Shown: positions 8,086-17,695, counted from the stretch's first letter. The stretch is DNA of 40,889 nt from Candidatus Collierbacteria bacterium GW2011_GWB1_44_6 (GCA_000998025.1 LCJG01000015.1:1-40889), one strand, 5' to 3'. Notes: generated from the letters alone by a model not told the origin. Translations and numbers: made by a program.

Positions 8086-9888
8086 ATGTCAAGTCTAATC
8101 AGAAATTTTTCTATCATTGCTCATATTGACGCCGGAAAATCTACGCTGGCGGATCGACTTATGGAAATTACCGGTGCGGTAAAGGGCGATAAAATGACCC
8201 CGCAATTGTTGGATAGTAATCCGATTGAGAGAGAACGGGGTATCACCATAAAACTTGCCCCCGTATCAATGACCTATCATGGCTACAGCTTAAACCTAAT
8301 TGACACTCCTGGCCACGTCGATTTCAACTACGAAGTTGAGCGAGCCCTCCAGGCCTGCGAAGGTGCCATATTATTAGTGGATGCCACTAAGGGAGTTCAG
8401 GCGCAAACGGTCGCCAATCTCCGCTTGGCAAAAAACCTTGGTCTGACCATCATTCCTGTGATCAACAAAATTGATGCTCCTTTGGCCGACGTCCCCGCCG
8501 CCACCCGCCAAATAAAACTTCTACTTGGATTACAGAGTGACCCTCTTTTTGTCTCCGCCAAAACAGGGGAGGGCGTCGAAAACTTATTGGAAAAAATTAT
8601 TTCTGACCTCCCCTCTCCAAAAACATCTGTCATCCCGAGCGTAGTCGAGGGATCCCACTCCACCGCACCATTTCAAGCCCTCGTCTTCAACTCCACCTTT
8701 GATACTCACCTGGGAGTCATTGCTTTTGTCAAAATAATCACCGGAAATTTAAATGCTGGTGACAAACTATCCTTCTTAAGTTCCGGCCAGTCTCTAACTT
8801 CTCAGGAAATAGGCATTTTTTCTCCAGGCAGAACAGAGAAAAAAATACTCACCTCTGGTAGTGTCGGATATATCATTACCGGGCTGAAGGACATCCGTAA
8901 TGTGCTCGTCGGAGATACCTTGTGTCTTTCCCATCAAGTCAAGCTGGTTTCCCCAATTCCTGGCTTTCGGAAAATTCACCCTAATGTCTTTCTGGATTTC
9001 TATCCCGCCGAAGGTTCTCAGTATAGAGACTTGCTCGATGCTCTGGAGAAATTGAAACTAAACGACTCATCTCTTACCACTCAAGGAATAAACTCTCCCA
9101 TTTTGGGGCAAGGGGTCAAGGTTGGCTTTCTGGGTATGCTTCACTCCGAGGTGGTCGGTGAAAGACTTGAGAGAGAATTTAATCTTCCGGTTATTTCCGT
9201 TTCTCCTTCAGTTGAATATAAGGTAGCAGTTCGCTCCGGTGATGAAAAAATATTTAGTTCACCAGCCGATTTTCCCGATCCTGCCACAATAGTCCAAGGC
9301 TACGAACCTATGGCGGCAGTCAATATCGTCGTTACTTCTCCTTACGTGGGCGCTGTCATGGAACTCTGCCAGGATCTTCGTGGCAATTTAGTTAACGTTT
9401 CCTATCTAGACCAGTTGGTAGAAATCGATTATTTTTTGCCTCTAATTGAAGTCATTACCGCACTTCACGACAGTCTCAAAAGCGTTTCACAGGGTTTTGC
9501 GTCCATGGACTACGAATTAGCCGGTTGGCAAGAAGCGGAGCTCGTTAAGCTCGACGTTTTACTCAATCACGAGCTCTTTGCACCCATGAGTGTCATTACG
9601 GTTAGAGAAAAAGCCTACCAAAAAGGTAAAAAGGTAGCCGAGAAGTTAAAAGAAGCTATACCTAGGCAACAATTCGAAATTCCTATTCAGGTTGCCATCG
9701 GCGGCCAGATCGTGGCCCGCGAAACCATCAAGGCCTACCGCAAAGATGTTGATGCCAAGCTTCATGGGGGAGACTTTACCCGGAATCTAAAACTCCTCAA
9801 TAAGCAGAAAAAAGGCAAAGCCCGCATGAAGCAGTTCGGCAAAGTCAGCGTGCCCCAGGAAGCCTTCCTGGCCATCGCCAAATCCTAG
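8086..9888 (+). CDS. lepA: Elongation factor 4 (LepA)
   Basis: IRNFSIIAHIDAGKSTLADR, ERERGITIK, DTPGHVDF, NKID, GFLGMLH, C-terminal KQKKGKARMKQFG. Confidence 0.97.
   Translation: MSSLIRNFSIIAHIDAGKSTLADRLMEITGAVKGDKMTPQLLDSNPIERERGITIKLAPVSMTYHGYSLNLIDTPGHVDFNYEVERALQACEGAILLVDATKGVQAQTVANLRLAKNLGLTIIPVINKIDAPLADVPAATRQIKLLLGLQSDPLFVSAKTGEGVENLLEKIISDLPSPKTSVIPSVVEGSHSTAPFQALVFNSTFDTHLGVIAFVKIITGNLNAGDKLSFLSSGQSLTSQEIGIFSPGRTEKKILTSGSVGYIITGLKDIRNVLVGDTLCLSHQVKLVSPIPGFRKIHPNVFLDFYPAEGSQYRDLLDALEKLKLNDSSLTTQGINSPILGQGVKVGFLGMLHSEVVGERLEREFNLPVISVSPSVEYKVAVRSGDEKIFSSPADFPDPATIVQGYEPMAAVNIVVTSPYVGAVMELCQDLRGNLVNVSYLDQLVEIDYFLPLIEVITALHDSLKSVSQGFASMDYELAGWQEAELVKLDVLLNHELFAPMSVITVREKAYQKGKKVAEKLKEAIPRQQFEIPIQVAIGGQIVARETIKAYRKDVDAKLHGGDFTRNLKLLNKQKKGKARMKQFGKVSVPQEAFLAIAKS
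8629..8654. repeat. Palindromic repeat GTCATCCCGAGCGTAGTCGAGGGATC in frame in lepA (VIPSVVEGS)
   Basis: 26/26 identical to 12657-12682; ATCCC/GGGAT stem. Confidence 0.9.
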
Positions 9889-9915
9889 GCGGAACTGATG
9901 CGGCGTGTCACGTCT

Positions 9916-11344
9916 TCAAAACTCTACGGTAAACATCGCAGCCGTGTTTGGGCCAAAAAACTCCGAAGTTTTCCAAGTCGCCGAGGTGGTCGCTACCGTA
10001 AGCGTCCGGCTTGCACCTAGAAAATCAGTCCTCGTAATCTTAAAGTTTAGTTTCGGTAAATTCTCAAAGGTCATCGGCACCGCTTCGGAGTGAATTCTCA
10101 AAGGTCATCGGCACCGCTTCGGAGTGAGAACCTTTTGGGTCATAATTAACCACCATAATTTTTAGATTTCCTTTATCGTCCGTGGAGGCAATACTTTTTA
10201 CCCAGCTTCCCTCCCCGGCCACACTCATCCGGTAAGGTCCCAAATTATTTAAAAATTGGAGCGCGAAGTATCTCGGTTTCTTTTCCGGAGCACCATATTT
10301 TTCATGAGTCAGAATTCCCCACCTACCCCAGTATTTTTCTGTACCGGGACCGTCTTTAATTTCAAAAAGGAAAGCTCTGTCCACGACCCCCATCATTGCC
10401 CGTGCGCCCGCCAGAGTGTGAATTGCACCAAATCTTCCGTCATAGCCCTTGTCAATTTCGCTATTATGTCCCCATTCGGTGACGTAAAATTTTAGATTGA
10501 CGAGGGCTGGAATATTTTCCGCCCACCTTTTCGCCTGTAGCACGTCTTTCTCATACTGTTCCAAATCGTAAGCGTACCGATGCCAGCTCAAAAAATCGAG
10601 TCGAAGGTTATTTGCGTCCACATACTTGATTAGTCTCTCTTCCCAGTTTTGATAGAGGCCAGTCGTTGCGGGTCCACCAATTTCAAATAGATTTGTCCCT
10701 CTCACTCTAGCCGCAGCTCGTGCCGAAACGGCATACATCTCTAGGTAATTCCTGTCACCATAGGTTTTGTATCCTCCAAACAAATCGGGCTCATTCCATA
10801 CTTCATAGATCACCCCATCAATATTTTTTTGACTTCGGCCGCTATAGTGTTCTATGGTCGCCTGGACTAGCTGCCCCCACTCACTCCAATCTTTTGCCGG
10901 AGATACTATATCGCTGGTCGCCATAACAGGCGGCATGTATGACAAAGATAAGAAGGGTTTTGCTCCTGTTGCCAAAATAACATCCACCGCTTGGTCCAGA
11001 CCTGACCAATCAAAGGTAAGTTGCCCATCGTCAGTTCTGGAGACCACCTTAAACGCGTCATATATATGATCGAGTCTAATATATTCCATCCTCAATGCTT
11101 TGACCGCATCCACTACGGGCGCAAGCATTTCTTTGGGCTCTTCCCCCCCTTGCCCTATGTTTCTCCATGGTTGAGGCATTTTCCCAAGTACGCCTTCATA
11201 ATTAAAGACCAAATTAGCAGGGAATCCAGCCGCCTTACCGACAAATTGAACTGCTGATGGAATTGCCACTACTACCACAATGATCACCAATAGTCCGACA
11301 ATCAGCGGGGTTAACCCCCTAAGAATTTTTTTTCGATTAGCCAT
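9916..11344 (-). pseudogene. Membrane-anchored GH39-like (clan GH-A) glycoside hydrolase, frameshifted near the 3' end by a 34-bp duplication
   Basis: N-terminal TM, YEVWNEPD (acid/base), DFLSWHRY, YVTEWG (nucleophile). ORFs 10064..11344 and 9916..10101 both contain HSEAVPMTFEN. Removing one repeat copy gives a single 464-aa ORF. Confidence 0.8.
10059..10126. repeat. Perfect 34-bp tandem duplication AATTCTCAAAGGTCATCGGCACCGCTTCGGAGTG x2
   Basis: Copies at 10059-10092 and 10093-10126. Confidence 0.95.
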
Positions 11345-11367
11345 TAATTAACTTTATCATGAGTCGC

Positions 11368-11397
11368 TTGACTGCCTCTTATCACTCATGCTATCAT
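11368..11397 (+). promoter_or_regulatory. Sigma70-type promoter of the hrcA operon
   Basis: TTGACT (11368-73), 18 bp, TGcTATCAT (-10 at 11392-97), 10 nt before ATG. Confidence 0.6.
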
Positions 11398-11405
11398 TCT
11401 GCTAA
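11379..11405. promoter_or_regulatory. CIRCE operator (HrcA site), degenerate
   Basis: TTATCACTC-N9-TTCTGCTAA versus consensus TTAGCACTC-N9-GAGTGCTAA, immediately upstream of hrcA. Confidence 0.8.
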
Positions 11406-11407
11406 CT

Positions 11408-12133
11408 ATGGATCTAACTGAGCGCCAGATTCTCATCATCAAGACTATTGTCGAAGAATTTACCGAGTCAGCTGAGCCCGTTGGTTCTGTTGCTTTGGAA
11501 AATAAATACAGGTTAGGGGTTTCTCCGGCTACTCTCAGAAACGAAATGGCGAGTCTTGAAGAAAAAGGATTCTTATCTCAACCTCACGCCTCTTCAGGTC
11601 GCATTCCCACTCCTCTTGCCATCAAATTCTATGTCAACGAGCTCATGAAAGAAAAGCAGCTTAGTGTGGCCGAAGAAGTTGGTGTCAAATCTCGGGTTTG
11701 GGATCACCGGTTTAATCGGGATGACTTGCTCCATGAAGCCACCAAAGTTTTGGCAGAAAGAACCAAGGCGCTTTGTGTCGCCGCTTTTGATGAGGGGCAA
11801 AGCTTCCATTCTGGTTATGCCAATATTTTTAATGCTATTGAATTCAAAGATCTGGACATCACTCGAGAAATCTTTTATCTTTTAGACGAGCAAGCACGTC
11901 TTATGGATATCTTTGGTCGCGCGGCCGGGAACAACCCTATACATATTTTGGTAGGGGATGAAATGGGAGTCAGTCTATTTCAACCTGTGAGTTGTGTTTT
12001 TGCCGACATTCACGTCAGTGGTCGCAGGGGTAGCCTTGGAATTATTGGTCCGAGCCGACAAGAATACGATCGCAATATACCCTTTGTTCGATATGTTGCC
12101 AATTTAGTAAATCAAATAGCCGGAGAATGGTAA
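11408..12133 (+). CDS. hrcA: Heat-inducible transcription repressor HrcA (short form)
   Basis: LTERQ..I, EPVGS, VSPATLRNEM, QPHASSGRIPT, GSLGIIGPSR; precedes grpE-dnaK-dnaJ. Confidence 0.93.
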   Translation: MDLTERQILIIKTIVEEFTESAEPVGSVALENKYRLGVSPATLRNEMASLEEKGFLSQPHASSGRIPTPLAIKFYVNELMKEKQLSVAEEVGVKSRVWDHRFNRDDLLHEATKVLAERTKALCVAAFDEGQSFHSGYANIFNAIEFKDLDITREIFYLLDEQARLMDIFGRAAGNNPIHILVGDEMGVSLFQPVSCVFADIHVSGRRGSLGIIGPSRQEYDRNIPFVRYVANLVNQIAGEW

Positions 12134-12672
12134 AAAAAGATAAAAAATCCAACGTCAATAACCCTGATCGCGTCGAAACAGCTCAGGAGATTCAGCTTAA
12201 TAATCTTTCCAGACTGATTGAGCTTGAAAAACGGTTCGAAGAAAATGAAGAGAAGCTCGCTTCTACAGAAGAAAAATACCTGAGAATACTGGCTGATTAT
12301 CAAAATCAACAGCGCCGCCATAAAGAGCAAGAGTCTCAAATAATCAAGATGGCTTCGGCCTCCCTACTCGAAAAACTTTTATTAAACATGGATTCCTTAC
12401 AACTAGCTCAGTCTCATCTCAAAGATAAGGGGCTGCAGATGGTCATCGAGCAATTTATGGTTGTATTCAAAGAAGAAGGCTTGGCTCTCATCGAGACAGA
12501 TGGTAATGACTTTGACCCAATCACCATGGACTGCACCGAAATAGTCCCGGGGAAAAAAGATCAAGTGGTCGAAACTGTTGCGCCTGGCTACTTTCTCTTT
12601 GACAAGGTTCTCCGACCTGCTAAAGTCAAAGTCGGCTCAGGAATTAATAACACACCGTCATCCCGAGCGTAG
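12127..12672 (+). CDS. grpE: Nucleotide exchange factor GrpE
   Basis: YLRILADYQN, FDP, GY...KVLRPAKVKV; operon context. Confidence 0.93.
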   Translation: MVKKDKKSNVNNPDRVETAQEIQLNNLSRLIELEKRFEENEEKLASTEEKYLRILADYQNQQRRHKEQESQIIKMASASLLEKLLLNMDSLQLAQSHLKDKGLQMVIEQFMVVFKEEGLALIETDGNDFDPITMDCTEIVPGKKDQVVETVAPGYFLFDKVLRPAKVKVGSGINNTPSSRA

Positions 12673-12682
12673 TCGAGGGATC
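12657..12682. repeat. CGTC-tagged palindromic repeat overlapping the grpE stop codon
   Basis: Identical to 8629-8654; supplies the last codons and TAG (12670-72) of grpE. Confidence 0.9.
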
Positions 12683-12729
12683 TCAAACAACTAATACGTT
12701 TTAAAAATTAATTAAAAAATAAAAATAAT

Positions 12730-14649
12730 ATGTCAAAAATAATCGGTATCGACCTGGGTACAACCAATTCCGCCATAGCCGTGATGGAGGGTGGCACTGC
12801 GAAAATTATCCCTACCGCTGAAGGCCGTAACACTTTTCCTTCCATCGTAGAGCCTATCAAGGGCTTGGTGGGAGATGTAGCCAAACGCCAGATGGTTCTT
12901 AATTCACAAAACACCATTTATAGTGTGAAACGCCTCATGGGTCAAAAATTCTCCGGGAAGCAAGCTCAAAAAACCAAGGAAATGGCACCATACGAAATAG
13001 CTGAAGGTAAAGACAGTATGGCCATCATAAATCTCGGAGGTAAATCTTTCACCCCCCAAGAAATTTCAGCCAAAATTCTTCAAAAAGCCAAGGCCGACGC
13101 TGAAGCCTATCTGGGGCAGCCGGTAACCGACGCTGTTATTACCGTCCCCGCCTATTTTGATGATTCTCAGAGACAAGCCACGAAGCAGGCAGGGGAAATT
13201 GCCGGACTCAACGTTCAAAGAATTGTCAACGAACCAACCGCAGCTGCTCTGGCGTATGGCCTAGACAAAGGCAAAAACGAGACTGTTGTTGTCTACGATC
13301 TAGGAGGAGGAACCTTTGACGTTTCCATTCTCGAGCTCGGTGATGGGGTCTTTGAGGTAAAGTCCACCAATGGTGATACCTTCCTTGGCGGTGATGATTT
13401 CGACCATCGCTTAATTGATTACATCGTTTCCGAATTCAAAAAAGAATCCGGCGTTGATCTGTCTCTAGACAAACAAGCGCTTCAACGTATTAAAGACGCC
13501 GCCGAAAAAGCCAAGATTGAACTCTCAAGTGCGACTGAAACAGAAATTAATCAACCCTTTATTACCCAGAAAGACGGCCAGCCCCTGCACCTCACCATGA
13601 AGATCACCCGGGCCAAACTGGAAGAATTGGTTGATGATCTGATTCAGAAAACCATCGAACCTTGTAAGAAAGCTTTGGTCGACGCTAAGATAGAAAAAGC
13701 CGCTATCGCGGAAGTTATTCTCGTTGGTGGTATGAGTCGTATGCCCAAAGTTCAGCAAGTGGTCAAAGATTTTTTTGGCAAAGAACCCAACAAATCAGTT
13801 AATCCAGACGAAGCCGTCGCACTCGGCGCCGCCATTCAAGGTGGTGTCATTTCCGGAGATGTCAAAGATGTTCTTCTACTCGACGTCACCCCATTAACTC
13901 TTGGAATTGAAACTATGGGGAGTGTGATGACCCCTCTCATCGAAAGAAATACCACCGTTCCGAGTAGTAAGTCACAAGTCTTCTCAACTGCCTCGGACAA
14001 CCAGCCCCAAGTCGAAATTCATATTCTTCAAGGCGAACGTCCTATGGCGAGTGACAACAAGACGCTTGGAAGTTTCATCCTCGATGGTATTCCTGCTGCC
14101 CCTCGAGGTATTCCTCAGATCGAAGTCACTTTCGACATCGATGCCAACGGAATTTTGAACGTCTCGGCGAAGGATAAAGCTACCGGCAAAGAGCAAAAGA
14201 TTACCATAAAAAACGCCACCAACCTTTCCGACGCTGAAGTCGAAAAAATGAAGCAAGATGCTCAGAAATTTGCTGAGGAGGATAAAAAGAAAAAAGAACT
14301 GGTCGACAAAAGAAACGAAGCGGACACTCTTATAATCCAAACTCGCAAAGTTCTAAAAGATGCCGGCGATAAATTCGGCGCCGATGCTGCCAAAGAGATG
14401 ACTGGGTCACTCGACGAACTTGAAAAAGAACTCAAGAACGAAGCTGCCACAGTCGAGTCTCTTGACGCCAAGCTAAAAGCTTCCACCGAACTTGTTCAAA
14501 AACACGCCGAAGCTCTCTACAAAGCGGCTAGCGAAAAAGACCAACCCGCCGGGGAGGGCAAACCAGCCGAGGACTCAAAAGCCGAAGGCGAAACATCAGA
14601 AACCAAAACTGACACAAAATCCGCAGAAGAAGGAGAGGTTGTCCAGTAA
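12730..14649 (+). CDS. dnaK: Chaperone DnaK (Hsp70)
   Basis: [34 protein letters not shown]. Confidence 0.98.
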   Translation: MSKIIGIDLGTTNSAIAVMEGGTAKIIPTAEGRNTFPSIVEPIKGLVGDVAKRQMVLNSQNTIYSVKRLMGQKFSGKQAQKTKEMAPYEIAEGKDSMAIINLGGKSFTPQEISAKILQKAKADAEAYLGQPVTDAVITVPAYFDDSQRQATKQAGEIAGLNVQRIVNEPTAAALAYGLDKGKNETVVVYDLGGGTFDVSILELGDGVFEVKSTNGDTFLGGDDFDHRLIDYIVSEFKKESGVDLSLDKQALQRIKDAAEKAKIELSSATETEINQPFITQKDGQPLHLTMKITRAKLEELVDDLIQKTIEPCKKALVDAKIEKAAIAEVILVGGMSRMPKVQQVVKDFFGKEPNKSVNPDEAVALGAAIQGGVISGDVKDVLLLDVTPLTLGIETMGSVMTPLIERNTTVPSSKSQVFSTASDNQPQVEIHILQGERPMASDNKTLGSFILDGIPAAPRGIPQIEVTFDIDANGILNVSAKDKATGKEQKITIKNATNLSDAEVEKMKQDAQKFAEEDKKKKELVDKRNEADTLIIQTRKVLKDAGDKFGADAAKEMTGSLDELEKELKNEAATVESLDAKLKASTELVQKHAEALYKAASEKDQPAGEGKPAEDSKAEGETSETKTDTKSAEEGEVVQ

Positions 14650-14668
14650 AATATTAATGTAAACCAAT

Positions 14669-14745
14669 CGTCATTGCGAGACGCGTATAGAGTCGAAGCA
14701 ATCCATCCCCTGGATCGCCACGTCGGAGTACATCCTCGCGATGAC
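14669..14745. repeat. Inverted dimer of CGTC-tagged palindromic repeat (REPIN-like)
   Basis: CGTCATTGCGAG...GCAATCCA (14669-14705) followed by an inverted unit TGGATCGCCACGTCGGAGTACATCCTCGCGATGAC (14711-14745), which is 31/35 identical to 33475-33509. Confidence 0.85.
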
Positions 14746-14753
14746 AAAATAAC

Positions 14754-15614
14754 ATGGCTACCACACGAGACTTTTACGATATTTTGGGAGTATCAAAAAC
14801 CGCTTCTGCGGCGGAGATTAAATCTGCCTACAGGAAGCTGGCTCTCAAGTGGCACCCGGATCGCAACAAAGAAAAAGACGCCACCGAAAAGTTTAAGGAA
14901 ATAAACGAGGCCTACGAAGTCCTTAGTAGTCCGGAAAAGAAATCCAAATATGATCAATTCGGTCATGCGGCTTTCGGTGGTGGCACCGGCTACAATCCAT
15001 TTGGCCAACAATCTTCAGGCAATCCTTTCTCTTCTTATTACTCCACCGGAGGCAACATCAACTTCGAAGATCTCTTTGGCGGTCGAGGAGGCTTTTCCGA
15101 CCCCTTCGATATTTTTAGCTCCTTTTTTGGTGGAGCAGGAGCCGGCAGACGCCAAGCCAAACCCCGCTATACACTGAAACTTGATTTCATGGAAGCCGTG
15201 AATGGTACTGAAAAAACTATTGTTCACCAAGGAAAACAGTACACCGTCAAAGTTCCTGCCGGCATCGACGAAGGCAACCGTATCCGTTATGACGCATTTG
15301 ACGTTAGCTTTGAAATAAAAAATAGCCCCACCTTCAAGCGGGAAGGTAGCGACGTCATCGTCAATCACGAAATTCCTTTTACTCTAGCTATTTTGGGAGG
15401 CGAGACCAAGGTACAGACCCTTACTGGAGATTTAAAAATCCGTGTTGGTGCCGGCACTCAACCGGAAACTGTCCTCCGTCTTTCCGGCAAAGGCATCAAA
15501 CACCTCCAATCCAGCCGCCATGGCGATTTCTATATTCGGTTCGTTATCAAGTTCCCCACACGTCTTTCTGGTAAGCAAAAAGAACTTCTAAAAAAATTCG
15601 AGGACCTTTCTTAA
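14754..15614 (+). CDS. dnaJ: DnaJ-family co-chaperone lacking the zinc-finger region
   Basis: J-domain with HPD, G/F-rich region, C-terminal domain; no CxxCxGxG repeats. Confidence 0.9.
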   Translation: MATTRDFYDILGVSKTASAAEIKSAYRKLALKWHPDRNKEKDATEKFKEINEAYEVLSSPEKKSKYDQFGHAAFGGGTGYNPFGQQSSGNPFSSYYSTGGNINFEDLFGGRGGFSDPFDIFSSFFGGAGAGRRQAKPRYTLKLDFMEAVNGTEKTIVHQGKQYTVKVPAGIDEGNRIRYDAFDVSFEIKNSPTFKREGSDVIVNHEIPFTLAILGGETKVQTLTGDLKIRVGAGTQPETVLRLSGKGIKHLQSSRHGDFYIRFVIKFPTRLSGKQKELLKKFEDLS

Positions 15615-15618
15615 CGTC

Positions 15619-15666
15619 TGATATACTTTTCCTCGTTGTTCTTTAACTTTCTGCTACACCTGGAGG
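15619..15666 (+). promoter_or_regulatory. Extended -10 promoter, boxA-like motif and SD for the PLD gene
   Basis: TGaTATACT (15619-27), TGTTCTTTAAC (15637-47), GGAGG (15662-66). Confidence 0.55.
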
Positions 15667-15670
15667 TCAT

Positions 15671-16660
15671 GTGTGGAATAACCTATTTGGGAAATGGCAC
15701 ACCGTTTACTTCACTAGTCCAAAAATTCCCTTTGATAATATCTTTGAGGGTGGCATTGAAGAAGATTTGATAAGACTAATCGACAATACCAAAAAAACAC
15801 TTGATGTGGCTGTTTTTGAGTTTGACTTAGAAAACGTCGCTCAGTCTTTGATTAGAGCTCATAGAAGGGGAGTTCGGGTTCGTCTGGTCTATGACAATCA
15901 GTTTTCCGACTATCTCACCATCAAGTCCTTGGTCGACGCAGGGATAGCAACTGTCCCAGATAATCGCTCGGCCTATATGCACAACAAGTTCTTCATATTC
16001 GACCGTAAATATGTTTGGACAGGATCATTTAACATTTCGTTAAATTCAGCTTATCGAAATAACGAGAACGCTGTCGTAATATTCGATCGTTTGCTCGCCA
16101 GAAACTATTCTTTAGAATTTGAGGAAATGTTTGTCGGTAAGTTTGGTAAGACTTCTCCTGACAACACTGATGATATTTTTTCCATCAGAGGAGTCCGGGT
16201 TGAGAACTATTTCGCCCCAGAAGCCGAAGTCATTGGCCATATCATTAATCTGGTCAGGACGGCAAAGAGACACATTCATTTTCTCGCCTTTTCTTTTACG
16301 GATGATTCACTGGCAGATGCCTTAATCGAAATGATGTCCGCTGGCATTAGTGTCTCTGGAGTTTTTGAGAGTCGAGGATCGCATAGGTCGTCTTCAAAAT
16401 ATTCCAAACTTCTCCAAGCAGGCGCCGCCGTTATGAGGGACGCAAATCCGAGGACCATGCACCACAAAGTTTTTATTATTGATGGCCGTCTTGTGATCTT
16501 TGGTTCTTATAACTTCAGCAGTAATGCCGCTCAGGTGAATGACGAGAATCTGTTGGTGATTTTTGATCCTTTTCTGGCGGGGAAATACGAGACCGAATTT
16601 CAAAAGATATTTGCTCGGGCATCAAAACCAAAGGCAGCAAGAAAACCTAAACGGAGCTAA
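15671..16660 (+). CDS. Phospholipase D-superfamily protein with two HKD motifs (Nuc-like nuclease or phospholipase)
   Basis: HNKFFIFD...WTGSFN and HHKVFIID...FGSYN; no obvious signal peptide. Confidence 0.9.
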   Translation: MWNNLFGKWHTVYFTSPKIPFDNIFEGGIEEDLIRLIDNTKKTLDVAVFEFDLENVAQSLIRAHRRGVRVRLVYDNQFSDYLTIKSLVDAGIATVPDNRSAYMHNKFFIFDRKYVWTGSFNISLNSAYRNNENAVVIFDRLLARNYSLEFEEMFVGKFGKTSPDNTDDIFSIRGVRVENYFAPEAEVIGHIINLVRTAKRHIHFLAFSFTDDSLADALIEMMSAGISVSGVFESRGSHRSSSKYSKLLQAGAAVMRDANPRTMHHKVFIIDGRLVIFGSYNFSSNAAQVNDENLLVIFDPFLAGKYETEFQKIFARASKPKAARKPKRS

Positions 16661-17306
16661 CCCCTCCGTTTTTTTCTATTTCTTTAATTACTTTTATGTA
16701 GCTTTTCTTATCGACTGGATCGATTCCGTACAACTTTCCCAGTTTGATTTTCAGATTTGGCATTTGTGCCATACAGCCCAAAACTAATCCCAGATAAATC
16801 CTTTGCCATTCTTGATCAATGCCAGTCATCTCAATGTCCCAATCAATGATTACCTCACTCGACCTTCTTATCTCTTCCAGGGTAAACACGACTTCTCTAA
16901 GATGGGGTGAGTTGGCTAGATTTTTTGCCATTGCTTCTTTAATAATTTGAAGTCCCATTTGTGGGCCGGTAGGTGTTTCTTCGTTAAAGGTGTTTACTAG
17001 ATTAAAATCCAGTTCCAGAGCCAAAATCATTCCCAAATCCACTCTTGATCCTTCCGATGGTGTTCCCCCTGCATTCCACAAGATATCCACTCTTCCACCC
17101 TCCCGGGCCGCCCGGTGTAAAAAGCTCAACTCCGCCATCACAATGTTGAATCCAGTTTCATCATCTTGTGGCGCGTCTTCTACCGGATTAAACAGCCTGA
17201 CACCCTCATTATTCAATTTTTCCGCATGTTCGGCGATTTCTCTTGCCTGATTCGGTGTAACTTGTCTCACCGGCGAGAGTAGATAAACCAACTTTTCATT
17301 TTCCAT
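16647..17306 (-). CDS. Nucleoside 2-deoxyribosyltransferase (NDT)-like protein with partial internal duplication
   Basis: VYLLSPVR, LFNPVED, SEGSRVDLGMILAL resemble NDT-fold motifs. Start moved to ATG 17306, 7 nt after TAGAAT. Confidence 0.55.
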   Translation of the reverse strand: MENEKLVYLLSPVRQVTPNQAREIAEHAEKLNNEGVRLFNPVEDAPQDDETGFNIVMAELSFLHRAAREGGRVDILWNAGGTPSEGSRVDLGMILALELDFNLVNTFNEETPTGPQMGLQIIKEAMAKNLANSPHLREVVFTLEEIRRSSEVIIDWDIEMTGIDQEWQRIYLGLVLGCMAQMPNLKIKLGKLYGIDPVDKKSYIKVIKEIEKNGGVSSV

Positions 17307-17345
17307 AGCCCATATTCTACACCACACTGCTCATTAGCCTATAAC

Positions 17346-17396
17346 TTGCTTTTATCGCAAATAATGATACAATTAAACCCATCTCATTGACAGGAG
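17346..17396 (+). promoter_or_regulatory. Promoter and SD of the 81-aa gene
   Basis: TTGCTT (17346-51), 16 bp, TGaTACAAT (-10 at 17368-73), AGGAG at 17392-96. Confidence 0.6.
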
Positions 17397-17402
17397 TCAC
17401 AA

Positions 17403-17648
17403 ATGGACATTGAATTTGAATTCGAGGGTAAGAAATATAAGGTCAGCAATTTGGCTCGATACTCCAAAAAGATTGTCCTTCCGGACAAAAGAGTGCTCAA
17501 GGCAAAAAACTGGGATGCAATGGATCCCCAATCTAAGCCAGAGGGTCTGTACGACACCAAGAGCCTGTTTTCCACCCTTCCAAGTCTAACGGCCAAGGAA
17601 GTGGCTGTGGCTGAAGGGAAAATATACGTTGCAGAGATAGTTCTCTAA
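17403..17648 (+). CDS. Hypothetical 81-aa protein
   Basis: ORF with its own promoter, SD and terminator. Confidence 0.7.
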   Translation: MDIEFEFEGKKYKVSNLARYSKKIVLPDKRVLKAKNWDAMDPQSKPEGLYDTKSLFSTLPSLTAKEVAVAEGKIYVAEIVL

Positions 17649-17654
17649 ATCTCG

Positions 17655-17684
17655 AATCTCGGCCAGATGGCCGAGATTTTTTTT
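17655..17684 (+). terminator. Intrinsic terminator
   Basis: AATCTCGGCC-AGAT-GGCCGAGATT followed by a T run. Confidence 0.85.
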
Positions 17685-17695
17685 GGCAAATGCGC

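Noticed and set aside
9916-10101. 61-aa ORF as an independent gene
   Set aside because: It is the displaced C-terminus of the GH39 gene.
10059-10126. 34-bp repeat as a possible CRISPR array
   Set aside because: Only two copies, no spacer, the sequence is GH39 coding DNA, and no cas genes are present.
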